Below, in pieces: positions 38,861-50,556 of a stretch of 60,024 nt of DNA. The DNA is from Candidatus Omnitrophota bacterium (lineage in GTDB: Bacteria; Omnitrophota; Gorgyraeia; 2-02-FULL-51-18; JAGOUK01). A program made the translations under genes and the position numbers. Each line of letters starts with the position of its first letter. The first letter of the stretch is position 1. The stretch lies in the NCBI GenBank assembly GCA_047639455.1, contig JBLINS010000005.1:1-60024 (forward strand), in the 5' to 3' direction. The notes beneath the pieces are model-generated. The model did not search any database. It had not been told where the DNA came from and worked only from the letters and a program-made list of their open reading frames with translations.

Positions 38861-40753
38861 TTAGTGCATTCCTCCGTGAATCAAGTAATACATTGCTACG
38901 ATTAATGCGATCATGCTGATCAAAATATAATTTTGGAGTAATCCATTCTGCAATCTTGAGAGAATGCGACCAATTGCAAGAATAGACCAACATAGTTTGT
39001 CGACCATGATTCCAATCGGAACAGCAGTTTCAAACTTATAGGTTAATTTAGATAAAGGCAAAACAGCCTTGCTTACAAAATTACCATACATATGATCAAA
39101 GGCAAAGTTGCTTTTGACAAATGTGTGATTAGGTAGAGGATCATCATTCATATTTGGTTTGCGGTATAGGGCAAATGATAAGCCTATGCCACTAATGATA
39201 ACTGCCAACGTCCAAGCGAATAAAGTCATATCAAATTGAGCTGAGTGATGCGTTGCATCTAAGAAGTTAATTATCCATTCATGCGTGAGAGGGGAACCGG
39301 AGAACCCAACCAAAATGGATAATATGCCCAATATCCAAAGTGGTATGGACCAAAGCATGGTCATAGAAATTGATTTGTCGGCATGCGGATGCAAATCACA
39401 TCTATCTTGACGCAGTAAAATAAAGACCATTCGAAATGCATAAAAGGCTGTTAATGAGGTAATTAAGAGGCCTACAACGCCTGCGCTAAATGAACTTTGG
39501 AAAACGGAGTGAAGGATTGCATCCTTGGAGAAAAATCCCGAAAATGGGGGTATGCCGCATAATGACGCCACACCCACAAGTAAAAGGAATACAAGCTGAA
39601 CGTCACGCTTAACTCCATGCCGACTAATTAAATAAATATCATTAGTATCACAACGATGAATTAATGCTCCGGCAATCAGAAATAACATGGATTTGAAGCA
39701 TGCGTGGGTTAGTAAATGGAAGATGGCAATATTTTGATGTCCAGCCCCTAAGCCCATCATCATTAAGCCTAATTGGCTAATAGTTGAATAGGCTAGTATC
39801 TTTTTAATATCGATTTGCGTGCAGGCGGATAAAGCGGCTGTTAAAGAAGTGAAGCAGCCTATCCATAGAATCACATTTAATGTGAGGGGGGATGCGGCAA
39901 ATAATTCAAAGACGCGGGCAATCAAATACACACCTGCCGCAACCATGGTGGCCGAATGGATGAGTGCTGACACGGGTGTAGGGCCTTCCATGGCGTCTGG
40001 TAGCCATGACGAAAAAGGCCATTGGGCTGATTTGCCAAACGTACCCAATGCAATTAGTATGCCTATACAAGACAATACACTTAGTGGCACAGCTTGATCA
40101 ATGAATCCAATGGCGGTCAAGTCCCTAATATTTAGCGATCCATAAACCAAATATAATAAGATCATGCCAATTAAAAATCCCAAATCAGCAAATCGATTAA
40201 CTACAAACGCTTTTCTAGCCGCATTTGAAGCAGCTGATTTTTGATACCAGAAGCCTATTAGAAGATAAGAAGCTAGGCCTACTAATTCCCAAAACATAAA
40301 AATTTGTAATAACGATGAGGCTGTAATAATCCCAATCATTGAAAATGTGAACAAATTTAGGAACGCAAAATATCGACGCTTAGATTCGTCAGAATCCATA
40401 TAGTACACAGAAAAGACATGCACGCAAAATGCAATCGTATTAATGATTAAAAGCATCATCATATTCAAACCGTCGATTAAAAAACCAACTTGAATATCTT
40501 TAAAGATGGGGGCTTGTATGCCTGGTAAGAATTGAGTTGGTTGAATGTGAGTTAAGCTCAGCCACACACATTCAAATAGTCGCGGGCCATCCGCCAGGTA
40601 GTCTTGAAAGACAAATATTGTCGTGATGAGCGATATTAGGGAGGCTAAACAAGCCAGGTGAGGAGTCATTGCATGCATTGGTTTAGGGCATAGAAATAGC
40701 AATAGGAATGTGCTTAGGGGTAATAATAAGATTATCCAGAGTAGATCTAACAT
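38861..40753 (-). CDS. nuoL: NADH-quinone oxidoreductase subunit L
   Basis: FWE..G..SY.LIGFW, KSAQ.P...WLPDAMEGPTPVSALIH, AYSTISQLG. Confidence 0.95.
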   Translation of the reverse strand: MLDLLWIILLLPLSTFLLLFLCPKPMHAMTPHLACLASLISLITTIFVFQDYLADGPRLFECVWLSLTHIQPTQFLPGIQAPIFKDIQVGFLIDGLNMMMLLIINTIAFCVHVFSVYYMDSDESKRRYFAFLNLFTFSMIGIITASSLLQIFMFWELVGLASYLLIGFWYQKSAASNAARKAFVVNRFADLGFLIGMILLYLVYGSLNIRDLTAIGFIDQAVPLSVLSCIGILIALGTFGKSAQWPFSSWLPDAMEGPTPVSALIHSATMVAAGVYLIARVFELFAASPLTLNVILWIGCFTSLTAALSACTQIDIKKILAYSTISQLGLMMMGLGAGHQNIAIFHLLTHACFKSMLFLIAGALIHRCDTNDIYLISRHGVKRDVQLVFLLLVGVASLCGIPPFSGFFSKDAILHSVFQSSFSAGVVGLLITSLTAFYAFRMVFILLRQDRCDLHPHADKSISMTMLWSIPLWILGILSILVGFSGSPLTHEWIINFLDATHHSAQFDMTLFAWTLAVIISGIGLSFALYRKPNMNDDPLPNHTFVKSNFAFDHMYGNFVSKAVLPLSKLTYKFETAVPIGIMVDKLCWSILAIGRILSRLQNGLLQNYILISMIALIVAMYYLIHGGMH

Positions 40754-41070
40754 TAGCCCTTAATATCCTTCGAATCTTCAATCAGAGCTGATTTGCCCTG
40801 TCGAGTTAATAAGATGACGATGCTAAGCGCGACACATATCTCTGCGGCGGCTAATGCAATAACAAAAATAGAAAATATTTGGCCAGTACCATTAACGTGG
40901 CCATTACCGACAAACTTATCAAAAGTGATGAAGTTGATATTAGCTGCATTGAGTAATAATTCAATGGATATTAAGATGGCGATGACATTGCGCCGACTTA
41001 AAACACCGTATATCCCTAGTGAGAACAAAACAGCCGAAAGTAGAATGTATATTTGTGGATTCTCGCTCAT
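40753..41070 (-). CDS. nuoK: NADH-quinone oxidoreductase subunit K
   Basis: RRN...ISIELLLNAAN, GQIF, AAAE. Confidence 0.93.
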   Translation of the reverse strand: MSENPQIYILLSAVLFSLGIYGVLSRRNVIAILISIELLLNAANINFITFDKFVGNGHVNGTGQIFSIFVIALAAAEICVALSIVILLTRQGKSALIEDSKDIKG

Positions 41071-41573
41071 AATTCTTTCGTCTTTTTTGAAATAACTAAT
41101 GCACCAATTAGCGCTACCAGTAATACTAGAGACACTAATTCAAAGGGTATTATAAACTCACTTAATAATGCCTTACCAATGGTAGCTGTGGTTGTGACTC
41201 CGATATTGGCTAATGTGATATAGCTAGCCGGAGCTAGGATAGCTATAGCCAAAACTAAAAAAAGACAAATTGAAACACATATCGCGCTAAAGGCCCTGTG
41301 TTTGTCGGCTGGGTGTGGAGCTTGAGATGGATCGCTCAACATAATTGCAAAAACTATGGCTATAGCAATAGCGCCTATATATACAATGATTTGGATGGCT
41401 GCTAGAAACTCTGCATTAAGGAATATATACAAACCCGCAATACCAAAAAAACATAAGCCTAAAGAAAGTGCATTGTGGAATACCTTTTTAAAGGTCACGG
41501 CGCCCACAGCACCCAGTAAAGTTGTGATGATGAAGCTAATAAAAATACAATCCTTAAGCAGTAGGGTTGTCAT
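41067..41573 (-). CDS. nuoJ: NADH-quinone oxidoreductase subunit J
   Basis: AEFLA.IQI.VY.GAI, PFELVS; ATG 41573 after GAAGGGGG. Confidence 0.92.
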   Translation of the reverse strand: MTTLLLKDCIFISFIITTLLGAVGAVTFKKVFHNALSLGLCFFGIAGLYIFLNAEFLAAIQIIVYIGAIAIAIVFAIMLSDPSQAPHPADKHRAFSAICVSICLFLVLAIAILAPASYITLANIGVTTTATIGKALLSEFIIPFELVSLVLLVALIGALVISKKTKEL

Positions 41574-42099
41574 GCGCACCCCCTTCATCACTGGGCTTAT
41601 TTTTAGCATCTGAGAGAGCTTTTTTTTGTGCCGGAGTAAGTATGGGACGATCAACATCTACACCCGCTATTCTAAAAGGCTCTATCAAATCATGAACCAT
41701 TGAGGATCGTGTTGTTGTCGCTTCCGCATACCCTTTAGCATTATGATCTAATGCATCTGTAGGGCAAACATCTATGCAAATACTGCAGGTGCTACATAGC
41801 ATATGATCAACTTTAAAGTCAGTCAGGACTCTTTTGCCGTCAGCATTTTTTTCTACATCTAAATGCATGCAACGAGAAGGGCAGGCTTTGATGCAAGCAT
41901 TGCAAGCTATACACTTATGATTTTGGTCTTGCTCATCTATGGTGAATTGAATAGGTCCTTTGAAGCGGTCTGTAACACATTCTTCTTTAGGGTAGAGCAT
42001 GGTGACTGGTTTTTTGAGCATATAAGACCATGTGATAAGCATGCCCTTAATTAAGCTAATAAAACCCATTAATATATTTTTGAAATATTTATAAATCAT
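41554..42099 (-). CDS. nuoI: NADH-quinone oxidoreductase subunit I (2x4Fe-4S)
   Basis: T..YP, CIACNACIKACP, CSTCSICIDVCP. Confidence 0.92.
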   Translation of the reverse strand: MIYKYFKNILMGFISLIKGMLITWSYMLKKPVTMLYPKEECVTDRFKGPIQFTIDEQDQNHKCIACNACIKACPSRCMHLDVEKNADGKRVLTDFKVDHMLCSTCSICIDVCPTDALDHNAKGYAEATTTRSSMVHDLIEPFRIAGVDVDRPILTPAQKKALSDAKNKPSDEGGAHDNPTA

Positions 42100-42110
42100 T
42101 TATGTCTCCA

Positions 42111-42296
42111 GTCATCCTGAGTCGCGCGAAGCAAGCGGCGTAAGGATCTCCCAGAACCCGCGAAGCAGGATCCATGTGCAACAATGAAAAGCCTTTTGCT
42201 GGTGGATTCATACGGGCTTCACCAACTCAGCCCCGTTCGCAAGAGTGTGCTCCTTATTCGTCGCACACTCACCGTCGCTACGCTCCTCATAATGAC
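42111..42296. repeat. composite REP-like element inside nuo operon (nuoH-nuoI)
   Basis: GTCATCCTGAG...CTCCTCATAATGAC; shares modules with 5684-5774 and 24313-24380. Confidence 0.85.
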
Positions 42297-42305
42297 GCAC
42301 ACTCA

Positions 42306-43271
42306 TCACAGACCCCTCAGAGTAACTATAGCAGCTGTAGCTATTAAATTTAATATACCTAGCGGTATTAGTACTTTCCAAGCTAAATGAATTAATTGAT
42401 CGCTACGCAAACGCGGGAAAGTCCAACGCACCCACATGACCACAAATACAACCGCATAGGTTTTGATCAAAAACCATAATACGGGTGGCAACAATGGACC
42501 ATGCCACCCACCTAAAAATAATGTAGCCATTAGAGCCGAGCCAATAAAGATATTGGTGTATTCAGCTAAAAAGAAAAGCGCGAAGCGCATTCCAGAATAC
42601 TCTGTATGAAAGCCAGCCACTAATTCAGATTCTGCTTCAGGGATATCAAAAGGTGTTCGATTTGTCTCACCTAATATGGCACAAAAGAATAATATGAAAG
42701 CCAAGGGCTGTAGGAACACAAACCATACCTTTTGTTGTGATTGGACGATATCCACCATGCTAAAGCTACTAGTCATTAATATGATTCCCATAACGGATAA
42801 AAGTAGCGGGATTTCATAGGCGATATTTTGCGCTACAGAGCGTATGGCGCCGAGAACAGCATATTTGCTATTGGATGCCCAGCCTGCGATAAAGATGCCA
42901 ATAAAGCCTAAGTTGGCAAAAGCAAATATGAGTAATATACCTATGTGCAAATCGCGAACAATGAGATTCGGGCCAATCGGGATGACGATGAACGAAACGA
43001 TGATTGGCGCAAAAACTAGCATGGGCGCCATGACATAAAGAATGGCATGACTATACTTAGGCGTGATTAATTCTTTAGAGATTAATTTAACTGCATCGGC
43101 CATGGTTTGCAATAAGCCCATTGGCCCTGAAGTCATGGGACCGCGTCTTAGCTGTATGCGCGCACTTACTTTTCTTTCTAGCCAAACCAAGAAAAGGGCA
43201 TTCACAGATATGAATAGAGTGGCGGCCACTCCTAAAGAGAGACATCGAATCATGATCTCAACATTAGTCAT
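42306..43271 (-). CDS. nuoH: NADH-quinone oxidoreductase subunit H
   Basis: [34 protein letters not shown]. Confidence 0.95.
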   Translation of the reverse strand: MTNVEIMIRCLSLGVAATLFISVNALFLVWLERKVSARIQLRRGPMTSGPMGLLQTMADAVKLISKELITPKYSHAILYVMAPMLVFAPIIVSFIVIPIGPNLIVRDLHIGILLIFAFANLGFIGIFIAGWASNSKYAVLGAIRSVAQNIAYEIPLLLSVMGIILMTSSFSMVDIVQSQQKVWFVFLQPLAFILFFCAILGETNRTPFDIPEAESELVAGFHTEYSGMRFALFFLAEYTNIFIGSALMATLFLGGWHGPLLPPVLWFLIKTYAVVFVVMWVRWTFPRLRSDQLIHLAWKVLIPLGILNLIATAAIVTLRGL

Positions 43272-43272
43272 A

Positions 43273-44898
43273 TTAACGATCAATCTCCGGTATAACTATG
43301 TCAATACTGCCCAATATAGACATAACGTCAGATAGGAAGCATCCCTTAGAAATATCATCAAAGGCGCTTAAATTAGAAAAAGATGGCGTTCGTAATTTGA
43401 GTCTATAAGCTTGCATGCTTCCATCGCTAACTAAATACATGCCAAAGGAACCGCGAGCAGATTCGACGTTATGATAATATTCTCCCTTAGGCACAAAGCG
43501 GGGGAGTTTGGCGGTTTTGTAGTCACCTTGCGGTATATTGGTATAGGTTTGTTCAATAATTTTTAAACATTGCGCCATTTCACTCATACGCACTAAATAA
43601 CGCGCATAGGCGTCACCTTCAGTTTGAGTGGGAATTTCGAAGTCTAATTCTGAATATATAGAATAAGGCTCAGTGCGCCTGATATCCGAGCGGATGCCAC
43701 ACGCTCTTAGATTCGGTCCGGTAATACCATATTGCAAAGCGATTTTTTTAGAGATATGCCCGATGCCAATAGTGCGCTTTTTAAAAATAATGTTTTCTCC
43801 AATAAGCCTGTGATATTCGTCTAAACGTTTTTTAAAATGAGGTATGAAGTTATCTATTAGCGGTGTTATTTTGTCGTCAGGGTAGTCCGCGTCAAGACCG
43901 CCAAAACGAAAATAATCATAAGTTAGTCGCTCACCAGTGACGTGCTCCAACATAGTTAATATTTGTTCGCGGTCATCAAAGCAATGAAAGAAAGGGGTGA
44001 ATGCCCCCAAATCCAAAAGGTAAGTTCCTAGCCAAAGTAAGTGACTGGCTATACGATTCAATTCAGTTGTGACTACGCGAATGAATTCAACACGCCTAGG
44101 AACTTCTACGCCCATAGCTTTTTCAATCAACCCAGCATAGGCAAAGTTGTAACTCATAGCACCAACATAGTCTAAGCGGCCAATATTGGGCCAAAAAGCC
44201 TTATATTCTTGAATCTCAGCCATTTTTTCGTGATTACGATGCACATAGCCAATCACGGGCTTAGCTTCTAGAACACGCTCACCTTTGAGCTTTAGAATAA
44301 CTTTAAGCACGCCATGTGTCGATGGATGTTGCGGACCCAAATTTAGGTAATAAGTATCAGCCGATTGATCTAACGATGCTGGAAAAGTGACTTCAAAATC
44401 ATTTTTTTCCTCTTCAAGTAATTGCAGCACTTGTTTAACATCGCTACCGTCAGGCTCACCTTTGAATGATTTGGCTAACGGGTGAATGGTTGAGCTTGCT
44501 GGTAGGAGCAGGCGCTCCATATCTGGCTTGCCTTCAAACTGAAGGCCAAACATATCCCAGATTTCGCGCTCATACCAATCTGCAGCCCCATAGATATCAG
44601 TAATCGAAATTGCTTTAATTTCTTTGGCGTCATCCTTGGGTAATATACTCTTAATGCTAAGACGGCTATTTTCATTCCAATGATTAAAAATGTAAACTAA
44701 TTCCCAGCACTCTGCAAAATCAATAACTGTTAGACATTCCAGATAAAGATCGCAATAGGGGAGGTGAGCCACTATTTTTTTTAAGTCTGATTGATTGACG
44801 ACTAATTCTGCAATGACGCCATGTTTAAGGTGATTGATTTCATCCACTTCAAACTCATGCCCAAAACCCTTTAAATCAGTAATGATTTTTTTAAGCAT
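43273..44898 (-). CDS. nuoCD: fused NADH-quinone oxidoreductase subunit C/D
   Basis: [11 protein letters not shown] (C); [24 protein letters not shown] (D); no hydrogenase Ni-binding CxxC. Confidence 0.93.
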   Translation of the reverse strand: MLKKIITDLKGFGHEFEVDEINHLKHGVIAELVVNQSDLKKIVAHLPYCDLYLECLTVIDFAECWELVYIFNHWNENSRLSIKSILPKDDAKEIKAISITDIYGAADWYEREIWDMFGLQFEGKPDMERLLLPASSTIHPLAKSFKGEPDGSDVKQVLQLLEEEKNDFEVTFPASLDQSADTYYLNLGPQHPSTHGVLKVILKLKGERVLEAKPVIGYVHRNHEKMAEIQEYKAFWPNIGRLDYVGAMSYNFAYAGLIEKAMGVEVPRRVEFIRVVTTELNRIASHLLWLGTYLLDLGAFTPFFHCFDDREQILTMLEHVTGERLTYDYFRFGGLDADYPDDKITPLIDNFIPHFKKRLDEYHRLIGENIIFKKRTIGIGHISKKIALQYGITGPNLRACGIRSDIRRTEPYSIYSELDFEIPTQTEGDAYARYLVRMSEMAQCLKIIEQTYTNIPQGDYKTAKLPRFVPKGEYYHNVESARGSFGMYLVSDGSMQAYRLKLRTPSFSNLSAFDDISKGCFLSDVMSILGSIDIVIPEIDR

Positions 44899-45517
44899 TA
44901 GGCGCTTTCACAGACTCATCTTTTCTAAAATCTTCGCGGGTCATAGCGTCTTTATAAATCACGGGACGTTCAGATTGAAAATCTTGTGAGATCGCAGGCG
45001 CAAAAGAACCTTTAGTCTGACCTTTTTTGATTAAGTCCTGCAATTTTAATATACCTGTTATCAAAGCTTCAGGGCGCGGAGGGCAGCCAGGAATGTATAC
45101 ATTCACAGGTATGATTTTGTCTATGCCTTCGAGGATTGCGTATTGACCTGGGAATTTGAATGGGCCTCCAGCTGTCGCACAGCCGCCATGAGCTATGACA
45201 TATTTAGGCGAAGGCATTTGATCATATAATGTTTTTATGCAGGGAGCCATTTTTCGCGCAATAGTTCCAGAGACGATCATGACATCGGATTGTCTTGGCG
45301 AGGGCCTGAAGACACCATGCCCAAAGCGGTCTAAATCGTATTTCGCAGTACCTGTACCCATGAGTTCAATGGCACAGCAGGCTAATCCAAAAGTCATAGG
45401 CCATATGGATTTGGATCTAGCATAATTAAATAAGACTTCGGTATTAGCGAATTGAGCAAGAGCACCCGGTTCAGTGGAAGGCGATTCGTGCATGGGGTCA
45501 GTTGGAGTTACTTCCAT
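44891..45517 (-). CDS. nuoB: NADH-quinone oxidoreductase subunit B
   Basis: [28 protein letters not shown]. Confidence 0.95.
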   Translation of the reverse strand: MEVTPTDPMHESPSTEPGALAQFANTEVLFNYARSKSIWPMTFGLACCAIELMGTGTAKYDLDRFGHGVFRPSPRQSDVMIVSGTIARKMAPCIKTLYDQMPSPKYVIAHGGCATAGGPFKFPGQYAILEGIDKIIPVNVYIPGCPPRPEALITGILKLQDLIKKGQTKGSFAPAISQDFQSERPVIYKDAMTREDFRKDESVKAPNA

Positions 45518-45876
45518 TCAAAAAATCCTTTACGCCATGCATACAATAAGGCGAAGCTGAGTATACCCAGAAATGCAGTGACTTCGATAAAAGGCAAATA
45601 ACCCGGCACGCTTTTATAAACTAACAGTACCGGAAATAGAAAGGCAGCTTCTACGTCAAATACCAAAAAGATTAGAGCAAAGATATAATAATATATATCA
45701 AAACGAATCCAGGCCGATCCAATTGGAACAGAACCTGATTCATAAGGCTCTCTGGCCATTGCGCCAGTTGACTTAGGGCTAATTAAGAGCGGGATGAGGC
45801 TATTGACGACCACAAAGCCAATGCCTATCAATAAGAATATAAATACGTAAATATAATCTACTAAAGAACTCATCAA
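45508..45876 (-). CDS. nuoA: NADH-quinone oxidoreductase subunit A
   Basis: [23 protein letters not shown]. Confidence 0.93.
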   Translation of the reverse strand: MMSSLVDYIYVFIFLLIGIGFVVVNSLIPLLISPKSTGAMAREPYESGSVPIGSAWIRFDIYYYIFALIFLVFDVEAAFLFPVLLVYKSVPGYLPFIEVTAFLGILSFALLYAWRKGFFEWK

Positions 45877-45928
45877 TACTCCATAGGCTAGAACCGAGAT
45901 TATACATTAGAGAATAAGTTAATTTCAT

Positions 45929-45958
45929 GACTACGCATGGCCGCTGCTATGCGTAGTC
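45929..45958. terminator. 13-bp stem hairpin upstream of nuoA promoter (terminator or small REP)
   Basis: GACTACGCATGGC-cgct-GCTATGCGTAGTC. Confidence 0.4.
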
Positions 45959-46073
45959 TCATGTATAATACCAATTAAATGCTATTTAAACAAGCATAAC
46001 TCAGCAATTATGATAAAGATTGTCAATTTTAGCCCATTTCCATCATTGGCATTTCAGGTTTAACTAAATCAGA

Positions 46074-46646
46074 TTAATCGGTTTGGTGGGTATATTTATG
46101 ATGAGCATCATAAGAATAGGATGCGGAATAAAGTGTTTTTGAAAATTCACTTGATTTGCGGATGCGGAATTGCATGGCAGGATCGAGGATAATTGACTCC
46201 TCGGGTGTTAAGCGAAGCTCTATCCATACATGCCATTGGACCTCATGAATATCGTATTTGCCTATGACAAGGCGTACATTTTTATAACCCTGTTTGACTA
46301 ATTGACTCCACAGCCATAGGGACAAATCCTCACAGTCTCCCGTTTTGAGTTTTTCGGTAATAGATGGTGGCTGCCAATTATCTAAGTTGCCGTCTGGTAG
46401 GTACTTAAAAACTTTTGACTGCTTAAAGATAGTCTCGATTTGCTCAGGTTCTTGAGTCACAAGCCCACTATCCAAGATTTGGTACACACCGCTTGACATG
46501 ATTTTCATATCAAAAGGCGTCAAGGGCGTGAATTGCCCTTGGCTGGTTGGATTTTGGACCGCTCCAAGCGCCTGTGAAGATAAAAAAACTATTCCTAGGA
46601 TAGCTAGCGGCAAATATATGGATTTTAGTCTATTCATTTTATACAT
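46074..46646 (-). CDS. exported transglutaminase-like cysteine peptidase (BTLCP/LapG-like)
   Basis: Signal peptide; W..P......GDCED, HVW, ILDP Cys-His-Asp triad. Confidence 0.8.
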   Translation of the reverse strand: MYKMNRLKSIYLPLAILGIVFLSSQALGAVQNPTSQGQFTPLTPFDMKIMSSGVYQILDSGLVTQEPEQIETIFKQSKVFKYLPDGNLDNWQPPSITEKLKTGDCEDLSLWLWSQLVKQGYKNVRLVIGKYDIHEVQWHVWIELRLTPEESIILDPAMQFRIRKSSEFSKTLYSASYSYDAHHKYTHQTD

Positions 46647-46812
46647 ATTCTTATTAAAGCTTATTAAATATCTATAATATTAAGTATACTGATAGACGGG
46701 GAGTATGCAAATTTTTCTAGGTGGAGACTGGTTAATTGAACTAAAATCTTCATAACTCCGAAAGTGGGCTGGGACTTGCCTTAGAGGTTTAGAGGTATGG
46801 TAAAATAGTTGC

Positions 46813-47028
46813 ATGTTAGACGTACTTTTTACTTTAGGGATATTCATGAGTTGCTTTGCTTTATTGGCTGTGGGTTATATTGTGGCTGGGAAAAAAATCA
46901 AAGGATCTTGTGGTGGTATTGGCATTCAATATAAAGGTGAAGATATTGAATGTGGGGTTTGTGGTAAAAAGGGTGACGAGATCGCTCAATGCGACACCAG
47001 TACAATAAATACTAAGAAGTCCGCTTAA
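46813..47028 (+). CDS. nqrM: Na+-NQR maturation factor NqrM (DUF539)
   Basis: TM then IKGSCGG...CGVC; adjacent to apbE and nqr operon. Confidence 0.85.
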   Translation: MLDVLFTLGIFMSCFALLAVGYIVAGKKIKGSCGGIGIQYKGEDIECGVCGKKGDEIAQCDTSTINTKKSA

Positions 47029-48046
47029 ACCCCGAACTATGATGTTCAATAAGTAATCCAGATATTTCTCGCTCCAAAATCATTGCTTCTATTTTTGATT
47101 TTGATTCCACCCAAGCCAAGCCAGCATTAACTCCAAGAACTCCAATGGCTGTAGCCATAGCATCCGCTACAACACAATCTTCACTAATCACAGTCACGCT
47201 TGCGATATTATTTTGTATGGGGTAACCGGAGCGGGGATCGATAGTGTGTGAATAAGTCATGCCATCAATTTCTGTTTGTGTGAGGTAATTACCAGATGTT
47301 GCCATTGATTCATCGCTCAAATCCACCGTGGCATAATAGCGATTGATTTCAGAATCTGGGTGGATAATGGCCACGGACCATGGCTTGTTTTGTATATTGG
47401 TTCCTGAAGCCCTAATTTCACCACCAATTTCAACGAGGAATCGATCGAAACCCAGCTTCTTAAGATTTTGAACAACCAAATCAACCGCGTAACCTTTAGC
47501 AATAGCGCTTAAATCAATTGAAGCTGAGGCTTGGAGTTTGGTGAGCTGATTCCCGACTAATTCATAAGCCATAGTGCTACCAACATTATGTTTTGCAGCT
47601 AAGAGTGCTGCTTGATTGGGAATTGAAGTTAGTTCTTGAGAATTGGGACCATAACCCCATAGCTTGAGTAATGGCGCAATTGTTATGTCGAACGCCCCAT
47701 GGCTTTCTTGGTATATTTGCTGCGCACTTAAAAGACAATTTCTAAACTCGTCCTTTATTTGAATAGATCCATTTTGGAGAGCGTTGAATTTGGAGAGCGT
47801 GCTATTGGGATCATAATGATTCATTTGGTGATTAAAATCTTCTAGCAAGGTTAGTGTTGAATTGGAAACATGACTCAAATCAGCTCGTGATCTAAGTTTG
47901 TTGGAAACGAGGCGAATGCGATACATTGTGCCCATGGTTTGACCAGAAATGGTGATAATCGATGCTTTTTCAGCAGCGCTACAGGCAGGTAGGATGCAAA
48001 GGAGCAAGGCCAATAAGGCAATGCTTAGATATTTTGGTTTAGCCAA
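47012..48046 (-). CDS. apbE: FAD:protein FMN transferase ApbE
   Basis: Lipobox, TMGT, FDIT..PL, DLSAIAKG, EIGGE, ATSGNY, HTIDP, ADA.AT. Confidence 0.95.
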   Translation of the reverse strand: MAKPKYLSIALLALLLCILPACSAAEKASIITISGQTMGTMYRIRLVSNKLRSRADLSHVSNSTLTLLEDFNHQMNHYDPNSTLSKFNALQNGSIQIKDEFRNCLLSAQQIYQESHGAFDITIAPLLKLWGYGPNSQELTSIPNQAALLAAKHNVGSTMAYELVGNQLTKLQASASIDLSAIAKGYAVDLVVQNLKKLGFDRFLVEIGGEIRASGTNIQNKPWSVAIIHPDSEINRYYATVDLSDESMATSGNYLTQTEIDGMTYSHTIDPRSGYPIQNNIASVTVISEDCVVADAMATAIGVLGVNAGLAWVESKSKIEAMILEREISGLLIEHHSSGFKRTS

Positions 48047-49271
48047 ATGAGTCGAATGATATCATTTCTTGATCAACGCCAATGTCTAATAACATATTAG
48101 TAACGGCATCAATCATCATAGGCGGGCCACACAAGTAGTATTCACATTCTTCGGGCTCAGGATGTTTAGATAAGTACTCATTTAATAAGACTTGGTGAAT
48201 GAAACCCGTTTTACCATTCCATTTATCCTCAGGTAATGGGGCGGATAGAGCTACATGATATTTGAAGTTAGGAAATTCAGATTCTATTGCCTTGAATTCG
48301 TCATCATAGAACATTTCGCGAACAGACCGAGCGCCATACCAAAAACTTGTTTTATGCTGCCACTTGCGCGTGTGAAATAAATCAAATACATGACTGCGCA
48401 TTGGGGCCATGCCAGCTCCGCCGCCAACATAAATTTTTTCACGCTCAGTGTCGCGACATAAAAAATCTCCATATGGCCCACTCAAAACACATTTGTCACC
48501 TGGTTTTAAATTAAAAATATAAGAAGAAGCTATGCCAGGTGCCACTTCAGGTTTATTTGGCGGCGGGGACGCTATGCGTACATTTAGTTTGACACGATTA
48601 CCTTCAGCGGGGTGATTGGCCATTGAATAGGCTCTAAAAATCTCCTCTGGATTAACGCCATTGTATTGCCATAGGTTGAACCTATCCCAATCCTCGCGAT
48701 ATTCTTCTTCAATTGCGAACTCTTTATATGAATTGCGATAGGCTGGGATATCAATTTGAATATACTGACCAGCCTCAAAGTCCAATTTAACACCATCGTC
48801 AATCGATAAATCCAAATCTTTAATAAAAGTAGCAACGTTCGCGTTTGACGTGACTGTACAAGTGAATTTTTTAATACCAAATATTTCTTCAGGAACTCCA
48901 ATTTTCATATCTTGTTTGACTTTGACTTGGCAGGAAAGGCGCCAATGGTCTTTAGCTTCTTTGCGTGAGATTAAACTAGTTTCGGTTGGCAGGATATCAC
49001 CACCACCCTCAAAAACTTGGCATTTGCACATGGCACATGTCCCACCACCACCACATGCCGAGGGGAGATAGACATTTTGATCTGCTAAAACACTTAATAA
49101 TGTCCCACCACTCTTAACTGTAGGGCTTTTGGACTCATCATCATTAATCGTGATTTTGCACTCACCACCCGGCATGAGTTTGGATGCTGCTAAAAGCAGG
49201 AACCCAATTAGAGCCAATATGGTTGTTGTAAAAACGGCAATACTAATAAGTATAATGATGAGATTAGACAT
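48039..49271 (-). CDS. nqrF: Na+-translocating NADH:quinone reductase subunit F
   Basis: SACGGGGTCAMC, RLSCQ, RAYSMAN, GGGAGMAP, YLCGPP. Confidence 0.97.
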   Translation of the reverse strand: MSNLIIILISIAVFTTTILALIGFLLLAASKLMPGGECKITINDDESKSPTVKSGGTLLSVLADQNVYLPSACGGGGTCAMCKCQVFEGGGDILPTETSLISRKEAKDHWRLSCQVKVKQDMKIGVPEEIFGIKKFTCTVTSNANVATFIKDLDLSIDDGVKLDFEAGQYIQIDIPAYRNSYKEFAIEEEYREDWDRFNLWQYNGVNPEEIFRAYSMANHPAEGNRVKLNVRIASPPPNKPEVAPGIASSYIFNLKPGDKCVLSGPYGDFLCRDTEREKIYVGGGAGMAPMRSHVFDLFHTRKWQHKTSFWYGARSVREMFYDDEFKAIESEFPNFKYHVALSAPLPEDKWNGKTGFIHQVLLNEYLSKHPEPEECEYYLCGPPMMIDAVTNMLLDIGVDQEMISFDSFG

Positions 49272-49876
49272 TAAAGTTGTATTCCTGCAAAAATCATAAA
49301 GCCCATAGCCATTAAGCCAGTGACAATCATTGTTATGCCCAAGCCACGAAGTCCCGCTGGCACATTAGAATAGTTCATTTTTTCTCGTATAGCCGCTAAG
49401 CCCAGAATGGCTAGCGCCCAACCAGTGCCTGAGCCTAAACCAAAGACAACGGATTCAGGAAAATTGTAATCACGCTCGACCATGAATAATACACCACCCA
49501 AAATAGCGCAATTAACAGTGATGAGCGGGAGGAATATGCCTAATGAGGTATACAGCGCGGGTACAAATTTATCGATTACCATTTCGACTAATTGCACAGT
49601 TGCCGCAATTAAGGCTATGAATGTGATGAAGTTCAAATAACTCAAATCTAATTGAGGTAAACCTATCCAACCTAGAGCACCTTTTTTTAATAAAAATTCA
49701 TGGACTACCCAATTGGCGGGGACTGTAAGCCCTAGAACAAATATCACAGCCAAACCCAGTCCAGTTGCAGTCTCCACTTTTTTGGAACAAGCAAGAAAGG
49801 AACACATGCCTAAAAAGAAAGCTAAGAGAATATTTTCGACGAAGCAGGCTTTGAGAAAAAGATTAATATATTCCAT
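49271..49876 (-). CDS. nqrE: Na+-NQR subunit E
   Basis: [24 protein letters not shown]. Confidence 0.96.
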   Translation of the reverse strand: MEYINLFLKACFVENILLAFFLGMCSFLACSKKVETATGLGLAVIFVLGLTVPANWVVHEFLLKKGALGWIGLPQLDLSYLNFITFIALIAATVQLVEMVIDKFVPALYTSLGIFLPLITVNCAILGGVLFMVERDYNFPESVVFGLGSGTGWALAILGLAAIREKMNYSNVPAGLRGLGITMIVTGLMAMGFMIFAGIQL

Positions 49877-50544
49877 TATTTAGATCCTGCCAACTTAGCC
49901 AAACGTATAGAATTTTGCGCCCAAATAATCAAACCGAGCACAAAGAAAGCACCAGGTGCTAGAACCATAATACCCATATTTTGATAACCGGCTTCATACA
50001 TAGATTCTGGTACGACAGGTATGCCGAATAAAGAACCGCTACCCAATAACTCTCTAAAGAAAGCTATAGTCATTAGAATCCAGCTATAACCCAAGGCATT
50101 TGCCAATCCATCTATGAAAGAAGTCCAAGGTGGGTTAGACATCGCAAAACCTTCAGCGCGACCCAGAACAATGCAATTGGTGATAATCAGACCTACAAAA
50201 ATACTCAATTGTTTAGATATGTCGAATAAATAGGCTTGTAAGATTTGGTCAGCCATAATAACAAGGGCAGCGACAATAGATATTTGAACAATGATTCGAA
50301 TCTCTGAGGGGATTAGGTTACGCATAGAGCTAATCACAACATTAGATAGAGATACAACAGCGATAACAGATAAACACATCACAAGTGTAGTGGACAATTG
50401 AACTGTTACAGCTAAGGCTGAGCATATGCCTAAGATTTGAACCGAAATTGGATTGGAATCAAATAGAGCGTCCTGAAATATCTTTTTTTCTTTTTTTCCA
50501 AAAAGACCAGGTTTTTTTTCAATGGGTGTTTGTGTGCTTGGCAT
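49876..50544 (-). CDS. nqrD: Na+-NQR subunit D
   Basis: [27 protein letters not shown]. Confidence 0.96.
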   Translation of the reverse strand: MPSTQTPIEKKPGLFGKKEKKIFQDALFDSNPISVQILGICSALAVTVQLSTTLVMCLSVIAVVSLSNVVISSMRNLIPSEIRIIVQISIVAALVIMADQILQAYLFDISKQLSIFVGLIITNCIVLGRAEGFAMSNPPWTSFIDGLANALGYSWILMTIAFFRELLGSGSLFGIPVVPESMYEAGYQNMGIMVLAPGAFFVLGLIIWAQNSIRLAKLAGSK

Positions 50545-50556
50545 AATTATTCCTGT

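Noticed and set aside
35981-45876. Group 4 membrane-bound hydrogenase interpretation
   Set aside because: The D subunit has no CxxC Ni ligands; nuoA, J, K and the quinone-site motifs are present
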